A stretch of DNA of 64,000 nucleotides from Toensbergia leucococca. Taxonomy: Eukaryota. The notes below the pieces were generated by a model, which had not been told where the DNA came from, made no database searches, and saw only the letters and a list, made by a program, of their open reading frames with translations. Where the stretch lies: positions 62,001-126,000 of the forward strand of contig JALDZS010000015.1 of assembly GCA_022813965.1 (NCBI GenBank), written 5' to 3'. Shown here in pieces: positions 26,701 to 40,389 of the stretch (positions within the stretch are counted from its first letter, which is position 1; each line of letters opens with the position of its first letter). The position numbers and the translations under genes were made by a program.

Positions 26701-27729
26701 ATGGTATATATTGGCCTCGGTATCCTCGTCATCTCCCTTTCATTCTTCGTCTACCGCACCTCCGCTTTCCAATGGCCGCTCCTGCCGAGTGGCAAGTGGC
26801 GGCGGCGCATCGCGACCGAGGATTCAAAGTCGCAGACGGAGTCTAATGAGGGCTTGAAGTGGATGAGAGATGATGATGACGGTCCAGGTTTGAGAAGTAT
26901 GAAGGTGGTGGTACAGAAGATTTTGATATCCAACGAAGAATTCAAGGAGGAGAAGCAAGAAAGCTTCGGGATGGCTTCCAAGACATTGGGAATACCATCT
27001 TTCGCGCTTGACAGTGAGGAGTCCAGGAATGCAGATGTCACTGCTTTACCAACTAGGAAAGATGAAAACATCAAAGCGGCGACGAAGTCCACAACAACTC
27101 CGCGCTCCTCTAAAGACGATAAATCACAAATCACAACACCCTCCATGCCACCACCCCCACGACCAACCTCCACCGCTCGACGAAAACCTCAAAATACGCT
27201 CACCGTCCCGAAACCTACCTCCTCCACCCTCTCACCCTTACCTCCCCAACGCAGCTCCCTCCGTTCACCCCCTTCCCAAGCATCCACCCTCCGCACCCCC
27301 CAAACAACCAGCGCCCTTCCCCCTCGGCCCTCCAAGAAAATCCTCCTCTCTCCAGGCCACTCTCCCCTGGACTGGGCCCAGCTAACCACCAAACCCCCCA
27401 ACCCGACCTTCCTGCGCGGCGCCTCTATCCCCCCACACCTCATCCGCGTATCGCCCTCCCTCCTCCGCCACCATAACGGCCGCAAGGGCAGAGACGCTTG
27501 GGGAGTCTGGCAGGGGAAAGTCTACAATTTGACGCCTTACATGGATTTTCATCCGGGGGGAAGGGATCAGTTGATGCGCGGGGCTGGGAAGGAGAGGGAA
27601 GGGGAGAAACTGTTCATGGAGGTGCATCCGTGGATTAATTGGGAGGGGATGTTAGGGGAGTGTTTAGTCGGGGTTTTGGTTGGAGAGGGAGAAAGGGAGG
27701 AGAGTGGCGGGTTGGAGGAGATGGATTAG
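26701..27729 (+). CDS. Cytochrome b5-like heme/steroid-binding domain protein (Irc21-like)
   Basis: LSPGHSPLDWA, GKVYNLTPYMDFHPGG and VHPWIN..ML..CLVG motifs; N-terminal hydrophobic segment. Confidence 0.85.
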   Translation: MVYIGLGILVISLSFFVYRTSAFQWPLLPSGKWRRRIATEDSKSQTESNEGLKWMRDDDDGPGLRSMKVVVQKILISNEEFKEEKQESFGMASKTLGIPSFALDSEESRNADVTALPTRKDENIKAATKSTTTPRSSKDDKSQITTPSMPPPPRPTSTARRKPQNTLTVPKPTSSTLSPLPPQRSSLRSPPSQASTLRTPQTTSALPPRPSKKILLSPGHSPLDWAQLTTKPPNPTFLRGASIPPHLIRVSPSLLRHHNGRKGRDAWGVWQGKVYNLTPYMDFHPGGRDQLMRGAGKEREGEKLFMEVHPWINWEGMLGECLVGVLVGEGEREESGGLEEMD

Positions 27730-27969
27730 AGAGGGGGACTGGATGCGGGTTCGGGCTCTTTCTACGTTTTTTCCTCGATCGAGTATGCATCATGTAGTAA
27801 CGTAAACATTGCGCCAATTGCATATTCCAGATCGACACAGACAATGCTTCACCCTGCTCCTGTAAAGAAAGCCCAAACTTTTCGGCCTTCTAGATCCCAA
27901 ACTCTTAACCACACCGACCCTCAATTCATCCCAGTCCCCCAACCCTCACCCACCACACACAGAAACCCC

Positions 27970-28686
27970 CTACAACTCATCTCTCTCCACGCCCTCAATA
28001 CCCATAAGTTCCGTTTCAAAAACTAAAACCAGGAAAATCCATCAGTAAAAAATACTCATCCCTCCCTCTCTCTCTCTCTACCCTCACTCCAACAACATCT
28101 CCCACCCTCGTCCCCCCGAATGAAAAACAAGGAATCCAAAAAAAAAGTATTGGGGGACAAAAAAAAAAAAGAAAAAAGAAATCACAAACCCAGCGTCGAC
28201 CCCCCAGGAATCGGCCCCATCCCCCTCTCCCCATACCCCAGCTCCGGCGGAATCGTCAATTCGCGGCGATCCCCAATACACATATCCAGCAATCCCTGAT
28301 CCCACCTACATTCCCCCCCAAAAATCACAAAAAAAATGTCAGCCATTATCCCCCCTAAACCCAACCCCCCCCTTCCCAAAACCTCCCTCACCAGCAAAAA
28401 AATTTCTAAAACAAAAAGCGGGGGGGAGAAAAACAAACCCTTTAATCACCATCCCGCCCCCCAACGTAAACGAAAGCGGCTGCCCGCGGTTATAACTGGC
28501 GTCGAATTCTTTGCCAGTGGCCTGGAGGGAGCCGCGGTAGTGGACGCTTATTTTGTCGCCTTTGGCGGTGGGGCGGGTGCAGGGGGCGCTGTGGAGGGTG
28601 ATGGAGGCGACTTCTTGGGCGTGGGAGGGGAGGGAGAGGAATGGGGGGAGGAGGAGGAGGAGGGAGGGGAGGGTTGGGAGGTGCAT
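27970..28686 (-). CDS. FPR2: ER FKBP-type peptidyl-prolyl isomerase (FKBP13/Fpr2)
   Basis: Signal peptide, [73 protein letters not shown] retention signal; two introns with GTTTGT donors. Confidence 0.92.
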
Positions 28687-29698
28687 TTTTTCTTTTTATA
28701 TTCGGGATGTGGGGGGGGGATTTTGTGTGAGGGGTGGAAAATGGGTGTTGTGAGGGGAATTGGTTGGATGGTGGAGTGGATAGAGTTGTGGCGTGTGTGG
28801 CTTTCGCGGCGGGTGCTGCGTGTAATGGGGGTTTTGATTGGGTGATTGGTTTTGAGGTTGGATGAATGGCGCTTGGAGGGGTTGTGTTTACATGTCTTTC
28901 TATTTACGAGAAGGGACTGGATGGAATTGAAGTTTCTAAATACTTTGGTTGGAAAGGTAATTGATAACCCTGGTCCTACTGCTTGATTTATGTGTTTAAC
29001 CTGATGATCTACTGGTGGGATTGGTATGGGAGGTTTAGGCCAATTTTGAGAGGGCATCGCCATCTAGTTCTAATGGACTCGATATGGAACCCTCTTGTGC
29101 CGTTCACGTAGTCTTATGCCCCTATTTAATACCGATCCACGGCAGGTTCGCAAGTAGAAAATTCTCTGTTGCCCATATTCTAAGAAATAACACCTCCTGG
29201 GTTTAGACAAGTTGGTATGGGGCACTCGTATTTCGGTATAGCATAGTATTTAAATCCTTGAAGAAGTGAAATTGAGAGACGTGGTCCGTATTGGGGTTGA
29301 GGAGTATGGGATAGTAAAGAGTAGAGTACATGGTGAATTGGCCTGCCCTGAGTCTCAACACAGGGACGTGAATAGAAGAGTGATACACACAAAATATACA
29401 CACCGTGTAATACTCTGCTGTAGGCCTTCAACTCATCCGGCACCACATGATCAACACCAAAGTGAAGTGATTCATCCTAATTCACCAGCCTCCAGACTTT
29501 CATCCGGATGTTAAAGTTGAACACTTGCACCTCCAATTCCTTTGCGTCCTCACACACCCAACACCTTCGAACACCTTTTACCCACTCACTTCCATCATCA
29601 CTGCTCATCAAAGGTTCGAGTCATAAGTCATAATCATCTTACCATTGATAGTCTTGCTTAACAACACTTTCTTGGACGTACTATCTGTATTTAATAAG

Positions 29699-32105
29699 AT
29701 GTCGGGAGAGGCAGCAAAGAAGAGAACGGGGGAAAAGGAAGTAGCAAAGGCTATGTCGACACAAGGCCAAAGTATTGCGTTATTAAAAAGGCAGATGGAA
29801 GTGAAGGAGGCGGGGGGAGACTATGTGATTCCCATCAGCATATGAGTTGACATGACACCATGCTAACATGGAATATATCAGTTGTCACTAAATCTGGACA
29901 ACATGTACGATGAATCACCAGTCAAGAATGACCGGAAGAGAAGTATAGAAGATGATGTCGAGGAGGGAGAGATAAGGCCGGCAAAGAAAGTGAAGGTATG
30001 ACAACACATTCAGCATCGTTGGAATCATGTATTGACGTCGAAACGTTTATCAAGGCGAACGAGACCAAACCTGTCCTCCAAGACACACAACGTGTCCAGG
30101 GCAAGAGTGTAGGCGATCGTAAGCCTGATACTGATGCTGAAGCGCCCAAGGTCCTTACCTCGGTCTTCCAAATGAAGGGGAGAAAAAGGACAAATGAGGA
30201 CCGGGCAGATGCCCGCCCAGAGAAACGCTTTGAGGTATGAGAGCGTATCTCGCTTACTGACCACACCTGACGCTGAACTCACTCTAGAAGAAGCGGATAT
30301 CTCCATGGGCCACAAAGACTATTGAGACTCCTCGGAAGACCAAACCCTCGATGCCTCAGATTAAGAGCATTAAGCGGAGAGAGCGAGATGAAGAGGAAGA
30401 CACGAGACCGAGCAAGAAGGTCAAGGTATGAAACTATGTTTTCCCATCTTTGGACAAAGGCTAACACCATGGTCGCGTTAGGGCTTGGAACAGGGACCTA
30501 AGCTTCCGAATTTAAAGCTGAAAGGACAGTCCCGAAGCGAGAGGCGTAGCTCTCCGCCCTTCGTGTCGAAAAAAGACTTGAAGTCTTTGGCACCTTCGGT
30601 TGGTACCTTCACATCATGAGAAGGCATCTTGCAGGCAGATTGACTTACATATCTCGTAGCACCCGTTGACGAAAGGGCAAGGCAACACGTCTGAAAATAC
30701 CCCAGAGAAGGGGTTGAATAAAGCGTGTAAAAGCCTCAAGCGAAAAGCTGAGGAAGACTTGGAGAGTAGTCTGAAGCGGCCCAAGGTCGAAGCAGCCAAA
30801 GCCCCAAAGCCCATGGGCCTGACCAACAGAAGGCTCGGCTGCTTCATCAACGCGTCACTTCAATGCCTGCGCAAGATTGGACCCTTGTGTAGACGATACG
30901 GTCCAATGAAACATGCTGTACTGAGCATGAAAGACATTCTGGCGGCAGAGGCTAAGATGACTGCATCTCAAGGAAAGACAATCTCGAGGAGCGCTGTGGA
31001 TGCAGAAGTCCAGATCAGGTCGGCTTTCCAGGAAATCAGCGATGATGATTTGTGAGTCTAATTTATTTCTTCTTCTTCTTCTTCTTCTTCTTCTTCTTCT
31101 TCTTCATCATCACAAGGAGCTCACTATAATCGCAGCCAATTGTCGCCATTCCTTGGTCATATTCTGGACCGTATGACTGCGGGCAATGACGAAGCGAAGG
31201 GCTCTGAAAATCAGCTGCGCACTGCATCTCCAGCCCTCTTCGCGCTAGCGTGTGGTCGTCTTTTTCCGCAATTTGACGCACACAGCCAAGAAGACCCAGC
31301 GCAGTTCATAGAGACAGCTATGGGCCGCCTCATCGAAGAGGAGCTTTTATCACCGGATCTGCATGCTGGAAAAGAAGCTTCGGATTCGGTTGAAGACGAC
31401 AAACCGCTCGCCGAGTCCTTACTAAGGGGCGAATGGGGCCATATGGTGAGAATTTCCTTTTAACTTCTTTGGTACAATAGCTAAGTAGCGAATAGTTCCA
31501 TTGCGAAGACTGCGGATACAAGCAGGACTCGCCAGATCCGTTTTGGACATTACAGCTGCCTGTAACAAAGCAGGCTCAACCCATGGGCCTGCAAGCGTGT
31601 CTTAAAGGCGTTATGAATCGAGAGGAAGCTCATACTGCGGTATGCGGAAAGTGCGGCGTCCGAGGACGTTCAACAATCACGACGCACTTCAAGAAAGCTC
31701 CCGAGAATCTTATCATACACCTGAGCAGAGCCAGTATGGAGGGCAAGGTGTTTACCAAGGTTGATATACCCCTCGATGCAATTGACCTGACGGTCTGCGC
31801 CCCTGAGTGTATACCAGGTGACCCATCTGCCAAGTATGAGCTCTTTGGGATGATCAAGCATCAAGGTCAAACGTTAGTCAATCTACCAGATTTCTTGAGT
31901 CCAGGCAGCTAACTCTCGGTACCACAGCACCCAAGCGGGGCATTACATTGCATATGTCAAGCAAGATGATGATTGGTGGGAAGCCAACGACGCAAGAGTC
32001 AAGAAAGTGGCAGCACAAGAAGTGCAAGACAACGAAAACGAACAGCCATACTTGTTGTTCATGAAGCGTACCTCGACAAGCACTACATCGAACGCAAGAG
32101 CATAG
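29699..32105 (+). CDS. Ubiquitin-specific protease (USP, family C19), divergent
   Basis: Cys box GLTNRRLGCFINASLQCL, SQEDPAQF, CxxC pairs (CEDC, CGKC), His box HQG..AGHYIAY..WWEANDARV and QPYLLF. Eight exons reconstructed in frame. Confidence 0.85.
31067..31105. repeat. (TTC)13 microsatellite inside a USP intron
   Basis: Direct reading of the sequence. Confidence 0.95.
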
Positions 32106-33233
32106 ATGTAGAGGAAGTACTGCAGCATTTCGATTGTGTCTTTGCCCTTGTCAAACACCACGGAAAACTCACCACCGCATTTTGTGAAGTAGGAACAGCG
32201 CGCGTGATGCCCTCCCAGCCTGGAGCTGATGATCGTTACCGCTTGCTTGGGATGAGAAGAGGTTTTCTAAGATCTTGTAATTTCACTGGTATGGTAGTGG
32301 AAAGGTGGCGAACCACGGACTATTCTGAAAATATGCAATGAAGATGACATAAGACTGCCCCGGGCCGAGAAGTCAAATCGGGTAGAAAGAAAGAACTTTC
32401 TACAAAAAAGAAGGGAGCAGCGAAATCTCGAGTCGACCCGCAACTCAACTGGCAGGAACCTCGGGGTGCACCAAAGCCTCTCGATGATATAATCTCAGGC
32501 TGATAGGGGCGGTAAGGGTTGATTAATTGGACGGATGGGGAAGAAAAGAAGGAAATGGCAACGAAAGTGAGGAATATCCCAGGTTTGATCCGACACATAA
32601 ACAAGCTGGAACACTGGGATACCTACCCCGAAACCTCCTAAGGCCACGAATCTGGTGTAAGGGGCAGATGGCGTGCAGAGGACTGGCCCGGTGAATTGGG
32701 GAGGATGGAAATGGTGGTGGTGGTGAGGGATGGAAAGATATATTAGAGGAGTCAATTGGCAGCTGTTTTGGGGATCTATATTAGATGGTAAGGTTTGTTT
32801 CATCTGGGTCACCGTTAGTTTATTGTTTTGTACTTCTTAGAGGCTTTCATAGAGAAGCGTAGGATACCCATGGAAAATTCTGATGTATACCTATCCAGAC
32901 GAATACCTCAGTCCAAACCATTACCCAACCTAATTCGCTGAATGCAGCCCAATGAACACTCCGCTGACAAGCTTGGGAAGATGAAATTTCAACCGCCATA
33001 ACGGCATCAATCCACCTTTGCTTTTCCCTGGCTCGCCTGGTTGTTCCGCCACGGCTGGAACCCACTCCTTAACCGATAACGATTCCACATCTATCCGTAC
33101 ATCACCTGACTTCGTATTTTTCGCCTAAACAAATCGCGTCGCCCTTCGAAGGAGTTCGAACAACCCATCTGCCCACTTGCTTCACCACTACCCTATGGGC
33201 CAATGCTTCGATTGACTTTGATTTCTCGACTTC

Positions 33234-36200
33234 ATGGACCATGTTCTGCATGGCCTCAATGCTGCTCAAAGAGCGGCGGTCACTTCTCCAGCCTCTGTCA
33301 TACAAATCCTTGCGCCTCCTGGCTCCGGTAAAACCAAAACCCTCACATCCAGAGTCGCCTACCTTCTTCTACACTATGGCTATCGCCCTTGGAACATAAT
33401 ATGCCTTACATTCACAATTAAGAGTTCGAGAGAGATGAAAGACAGGATTGCAAAGCTTTTAGGAAATGGCACCGAAGCAAAGATAATTCTTGGGACATTC
33501 CATTCAGTATGCCGACGATATCTCGTGTCCTATGGTCATCTCATTGGCATCCACAAAGGTTTCGGTATCGCCGACAGCTCCGACACTTTGGCTATGATAA
33601 AGAGAATTGTACAGCGCTTTGATCTGAAAATTGAGCCAAAAGTGGCACAGTCACGCATTTCAAGCTCAAAAGCGCGAGGTATTAGCTTCAGAGAGCTAGC
33701 TCTAGATGCCTTGAAAGGGAAGAACGTAGACAAGCAAGGATTCCTTACTATATTCGAAGCATACGAACAACAATTGATGGCGTCGAATTTGCTCGATTAC
33801 GACGATCTTCTGCTAAGATGCGCCGACCTCCTACGACAGCATCCGACATGCGTCTCCAACGTTGAAGTAGTCTTGATTGATGAGTTCCAAGACACTAATT
33901 TAGTCCAATTCGACCTGATGACGCTGTTCGCGGCAAAGATGAAGCGGATCACAACTGTTGGGGATCCAGATCAAAGTATTTACGGATGGCGGTCAGCAGA
34001 AGTAAAAAACCTAGAAAAGATGCAAAGTCAATATCCTGACACACTAGTCATACATCTTGAGGAAAATTACAGATCATCAGGTGCTATTCTCCTTGCAGCT
34101 CGAGAGGTTATTGAACAAGACGAATCTCGACCTTCAAAGCTCATGCTGCCGACTCACTGTCCCGGATCCATACCTGTTCTTCGCATATTACCAAGCGCAG
34201 AGGTTGAAGCATTATGGATAGTCACCGAAATCAAGAGAGCTGTCGGCATGACGGGTGCTCTTCTTACCTGTTCCGACTTCTCCATACTCCTTCGCTCTGC
34301 ATATCTTTCGCGTCATATCGAGTCCGCATTGGGTAAAGCCGGCATACCCTACCGCATGGTCGGTGGTCAAAAATTCTTCGATCGAGTCGAGATCAAGATC
34401 CTGCTCGACTATCTACGAGTGATTAGTCAACCGGACAACAACGATGCCCTAGCCCGTATCATCAACATACCTTCCCGTAATGTTGGAACAGTGACCATCA
34501 AAGCGCTACTAGAAGAAGCCGAAACAAAGAGTAGTTCGCTTTGGAAACTCGTACGAGACGCTGTCTTAGGGAGCATCGTACCGAAAACCAAGATACTGAA
34601 GAGAGCTGAACAAGGTTTAGGGGTTCTTATTAACATCATTCTCACTGCCAGGAAGAAATTACTGGACTCCGCTAATCCCTCTTCACCCGATCAGCTTCTT
34701 CTATACCTATTAGATAAGCTTAAGTTTCAAGAGCACCTCGAGAGGACCTATGAGAATGACCATGAAGCTCGCTGGGCGAACGTGCAAGAGCTTCTCATTC
34801 AAACTTCCGATGTCTCCGCAACAAATACAAATCATCCTAGCAAAGAAGGACAAGACTACGATAGTCTACCTACTATCGAAGGATTGGAGCAAGAGAATGG
34901 TAGTTTGGCAGAGGAAAGCTTGTCGCGATTTCTAGCAAACGTAGCGCTCGCGACAGAGATTCAGAGAGAGGACGAGAAGCAAAGTGCAGAAAGACCGCAA
35001 AAGCTAGTCACTATATCAACCATTCACGCTGCGAAAGGTCTAGAATGGCCTGTGGTGTTCATACCCTCCGTATACGCGGGTTCGATTCCACACTCAAGAG
35101 CGGAGGACACGGATGAGGAACGAAGGCTTTTGTATGTCGCCATGACTCGGGCGCAGGTTCTGCTTTACACGAGCTGCCCAATTCTGAATTCGCAAAAAGG
35201 TAAATTTATGTCTATCCCACGTCGATGGATTCTTGTGTAGAACCTGACATGTCCTAGAGGAAACAAGACTATCTCCATTCCTATCATCAAAGAAGCTGGC
35301 TCCACATTTGATCAATAAAGGCCCAACAATTGATTTCGGCATAGTCCAAGACATCTCTCGGATACTGCGCCGGATTTGTCCATCCGAGAAAGAGATTTGT
35401 GATGGTAGGATGAAATTGGAGAGTACTGGAGATGACATGTGGCCTGTTAGTAGGGAGAAACATCCAGAAACAGTGCAAGCTAAATGGGACGAATGGAACA
35501 GCAGTAGTTCCGAACCAAATCAGCACAATTCAAAGAGACGTAAGATCATTGATCGCGACGAGAACAACAGATTGAGATCGTATCGACATGGACCAGATCA
35601 TAATGATATATCCATCGCCTCCTCCGTTAGGTTCCCTACTACTATGCAAAATGCATCTTCCTTTTCGGTCTCGGCAATCAAAGGTTTCGTGTCTGCTTCA
35701 TCACACTTACATCACCTCAGTAACAACAGCCAAGATGAAAGCTTGGCAACAGGACTCAGAGAACCATCGATGCCTACTAGAGAGTCCCAACAACAGGAAA
35801 GCTCCATCAAATACGCAAAGCTGCGCGTCAAAGCCGAAGGTCTAGGTAGCCTTTCAAAGTTCTGGTACAAAGGTTTAGAGCATGTGGACGATGCCCGTGC
35901 AGGTACAAGGAAGACGCCAAAGTCAGCGAGTATACCGAGCAACGTAAGAAGAAACGATGACATTCGGAACGATGCTTGGAATGGTGCTCAACCGCGCGAT
36001 ACACCAATAAAATGTAGTATATCTAAGACAGCTATTGAATCTATTGTGGTCCCAACACCAGCAGTGGGAACAAATGCGCTGCACTCCAGAACATCTCTAT
36101 CAGTTATTCCTCAAGCACTTGCTGACCACAGAATACACCGTATTTCTAAAACCACGCAGAATTTTCTTCCTGCAATGGAAAATCAAAGTAGCAAGCAATA

Positions 36201-36495
36201 TGTCTTCCTCTCAAGTTCGCCTCCGCCTCTCGATGATGATGAGGTCAGAGCTGAAGGTTCAATCGATGAAAACATGACTAGCGCCATCGGGGATTCGTTT
36301 TCGGAGACGGTCACCAACGCAGGCAGAACTCGACCAGCAACGACTCTCCATACCACAAGCATTGCAGAAGTACAAGCGTCGTCTAAGAACGCAAAAAAGA
36401 CACTCGGGCTTCGACGAGGTATGACCGGATGGATCGCTCGTCCAAACCAAGGTTTTACAGTACCCAGGATGCCTAGGATGCCCAGAGTTGATTGA
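33234..36495 (+). CDS. SRS2: UvrD/REP family 3'-5' DNA helicase (Srs2-like)
   Basis: APPGSGKT, DEFQD, VGDPDQSIYGWR, NYRS, STIHAAKGLEW and EERRLLYVAMTRA. Intron 35200-35257. Confidence 0.9.
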
Positions 36496-39040
36496 CAGAT
36501 TGCTGCCACTATCTGGAACAGGCTCTTCCAATACAGATCTCGTCAATTAATTCAAGTCTTATAAGACTTATTATTCGAGATACACTTTTTGCCTAGCTGA
36601 TCTGCCACAATGGATTACACGTTCTTTCCGTCAGCCTTTCTTTTAGCCTGCGACTAATGTATGACGCGGACGTTTGTTAAGTATATCCGCCTTAGCTAGA
36701 TCCTAGAAACTACTCACGATCAAACAGCAAGTAAGGCACGGCAGAGCAATTCCAAGAGAACCCCAAGGCCGGGCGTGGGGCGGTACGAACGACAGACACT
36801 AAATTGCAGCTTAGCCGCTTGAGGCAGACAGCGATGATAACGCCAAGCTTCAAGATGCCAATGTCAAGGAACGGGAAGCAGAGTCGAGCAATGTATTGAA
36901 GCGGCAAAAGACACTCAAAGAGTGAGCATGTTGAAAGTCAAGGTAACGTCATGGAAGCAAGAGTTGACACGTGAAAAGAACGAAGTGATGAGCATCGATA
37001 AGCTAGATGAAATCGTATGGTACCTGAATGCACGGCAGGCAGAGTTTGAGCTGCTAGATCAACAATTCAGGTCTAGCTAGGAGCGACGGACGGTAGCTTG
37101 CCGAGTAAAGCTGCACTGGGAGATAAGAGAGGGACGGAAAAATCAAGATCGGCGTATTGTAGCCAATGGTGGTATGGTTCAAGTGGATGAGGATGAAGGG
37201 GGGAATGAAGCCGGAGCGCGAAAAGATCTTATGGTGTACAGGGAATGTTGCAAGGATGCCTGAAGAAGCGATGGAGATAGAGGCAGAGTGCAGGAGTTCA
37301 GTCGCTGGCGGTAGGCTCGGATGGGCTGGCATGAGGAGTAGATTGGCAGTCTACCAATTTGCATTATTCGTTCCTGCGGCGTTCAGTCCGGGTCAAGCTC
37401 TCATTGGTGGAACCCGATTGTTTCTGTGCATGCATCATGTTACACTGCACGTGGTACCTGTCTTCAACGGCTATCAGAAACTCTGCAGACGATCAAGACA
37501 GAAGTTCTTGTCCGTTGCGCACGGCACAGGCTCGGAAGCCGAGGCGATGATAGTCCACATCGACGTTTGAGCAGCGCATTGAATGATCTATGGAGGAGAG
37601 TAAAAAATATCAACAGGCTCCCCCATGCAGGCAATGATGTATGTTTAGGTCGATGTCTGTGTCGCATGCATGTGGCGCGATGTTGAAGCTCTCCATATGT
37701 TTCATAGACGATCAGGTGGGGTCGAGGGGTTCATCCGGCATGTCGGATAGATATCTTATTTAGATAGATCAGTGGCGGTAGAGTTTCAAAACATGATATG
37801 CAGCGATGATCTCGGACCTATAGTCACTTGTGAGCAGGAGGACCATTTGGCATCAGTCTGACAGACTAAGCGCATGCCAGCCGCAGTACAGAGTCGGTAT
37901 CGAGCAAACAGCCTAGGGTAAGCACAGCCGAGTCCTTTTCAGCTGGCTGGAGGCTTATCAGCTGGCTGGAGGCTTATCCAATTTTACATTGTCGCGCGGA
38001 TGAAGTCATGATGATGACGATGAGCCTTGTTTAGCACTTTTGGTCTGGAACAGGCAGTGCATTTCTCCTGAGGAAATTTGGACTCATTTGTGTCGTCGGT
38101 GAAGTCGAGTGCTTTTGGTTGTTGCCTCACTTTGTGCAGTGGCTCGGTGGCTTAGAAGCACACTTTTGACTACCTTATTCTACACTAAGGGAACGTTGTG
38201 GCTGCTAAGGTACCTTACCTTCTCACTGCAGCCTTAATAACAAGACACAAGAGTAATCAACCTTGGGCTGAGCATTGATTGATATTGGCGTCAATGATTA
38301 CCTTATTGCCTACCTATGACTCGGCATGATCATAGGCTCCAGTAGCCCGCGTTTGCGTCATCCAATAACTGACGTCTTGTGCCTTGGCATTGTGTTACGT
38401 TACTCTTCCTTCCCCAGGAACCATACCCTCGTACCTCGCCTGAGCCTGCCCATCTACCCACCTACCTATCTACCTACTTCCTAGATCTTCCTTACCCCTG
38501 GCGAACAATTCCAATGACTCTTAATTCCTACTTTCGATTAGATTCGAAACGAACGACTGTTTCGAAGCTCTAGAATTTTTACTCTTCGCCGCTGCCTTGC
38601 ACTATGGCTGTATTCGGCGTTGACGCCTGGGACATCAGGGCTAGGAAGAAAGCCCTGCCAGGCAAACATATCACGCTAAACCACCAATATTGCTCACTTC
38701 TGGGAGTATCTCTTTGTACTTAAGCATGCTCTCGTCGTCTTGTCTATTTCTTATATTTTTTCTTCTTCATCATATAGTACTCTTCAATTATCACTATCAC
38801 TACACTTCTTCAAGTCACTCCATCTCTAGCCTACTCTAGAGCTTGATATCATATACCATCGTACAATCTCTCCTTCTACCTTAGCTATCTAGCTCACCAC
38901 CGTCGCTCTTCTCGAGGAATTCTTGTTCACGCATCTTCGACACATCCATTGAGTGATCACATCAACACCACTAGCTTTCAGCATCATCACCACCGTTTCA
39001 ACATCTTAAAGTCCCTAATCACCAATTATAATCATTCACG

Positions 39041-39404
39041 ATGCCTGCATTACCTAGCTACTATTACGCCTCTCCCAGCTCCTCCAGGTCCGGCTCCTCC
39101 AGGTCCGGCTCCTCCAGGTCCGGTTCCTCCAGATCGAGCGCGGAACTCAAGCCCTTGTCATCACAGTCGCAGCCACAGTCACAGTCACAATTTCAACCTT
39201 TGTCATCTCAGTCACGTAGAGGTTTGCGCTTCTCACTTCTCCACTCATGGATCGATAGACTAATGATGAATAGTTGAGCCAATCTATGCCAGCCCGAGGA
39301 CTTCTTCAAATCGGCAACCACAGGTCGTAGTCATCAATGCTAGTCCTTACCACAGAGAAACCTCGGTACGAACCAAAGACCAAGACCCACGCTATTGGCG
39401 CTGA
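39041..39404 (+). CDS. Small (103 aa) Ser/Arg-rich protein
   Basis: Intron 39222-39273 (GTTTGC..GACTAAT..TAG) joins MPALPSYYYASPSSS(RSGSS)3..SRR to VEPIYASPRTSSNRQPQVVVINASPYH..DPRYWR*. Confidence 0.6.
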
Positions 39405-40389
39405 TCGAGAGTCTCGATTGATTCATTCCCACCGGCGTTCTCGGATTTGCAGCATCATACTTCTACATATTTTTCGAGTAGATTACCATTGCCGCTTTTA
39501 GACTTGTTGCCATGCCTTAGATATCTCCTTGGTGTGCGTGTATTGCTATCTTGTACGATGGGGATTAGGACATTTCTTTAGAACAAATCCCTCACGGGAC
39601 GCATCGTTTGGGAGTCTGGGGATCCACTCTTGAGAAGGCATCTCCGATTAGGGCAGCTCGTCATCTTATCTAGGTAGCTCAGCTTTCAGCGATCTAATTT
39701 CATTTCCTTGACAATCTTTCGCGCTCTCACACAGCATTTTCACAACAAGAAGACCTCGTCAAGGTCTAACGTGCCATGCAGTGTCAATCATGATTCCACA
39801 TTACCCCTTGCCCCTTTCCCCCATCGATCCCTGGACCACTTACCCCCACCGATATTACTCAACCCACCCCACTTCCACTCTAGATTTAACACCCCATCAT
39901 CTGCCCTCCACGGCTCCCGTCCGATCAGCCAACATGATACACGTTGATCGGATCGCATGCATGATCAGACCCGCGTGAACGACTGCAGGTGTCATGCAGC
40001 CAAAGAAAGCTTATCTGTATCAATGCTGTGTCTATGGGGATGATAAGGAACCGTTGCATAGAACGAATGAACCGTTCGTGCAGTCAAAGCAAGGTCGTGT
40101 GATCATTGTTCCTCGTTTTAGAACCTGCAGTGTCGCGGCATGGTGAAGAAAAATGACATGCCCCTAGTATTTCCGTCAAGGACCATTCTAAAATAGTACC
40201 TATGAAAAAACTCAAATGCTTGAATAGAAATTGTGTCTCGGACTTGACGTATTCTAGCATGTCTTGTTTGTCTCTCGTATCTGCCAGGAACATTGAGGGT
40301 TAGGGTAAGGAACCGAGGGACTATTCAAGGGGTAAGTCCCAGAGGTCTAAGCGAGGGTTTGTTTTATCGAGTGGCAAATCTTTCTTTTT

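Noticed and set aside
28336..29063. Long overlapping ORFs around FPR2 and other antisense ORFs in the track
   Set aside because: Low-complexity products of the skewed composition or antisense shadows of real genes.
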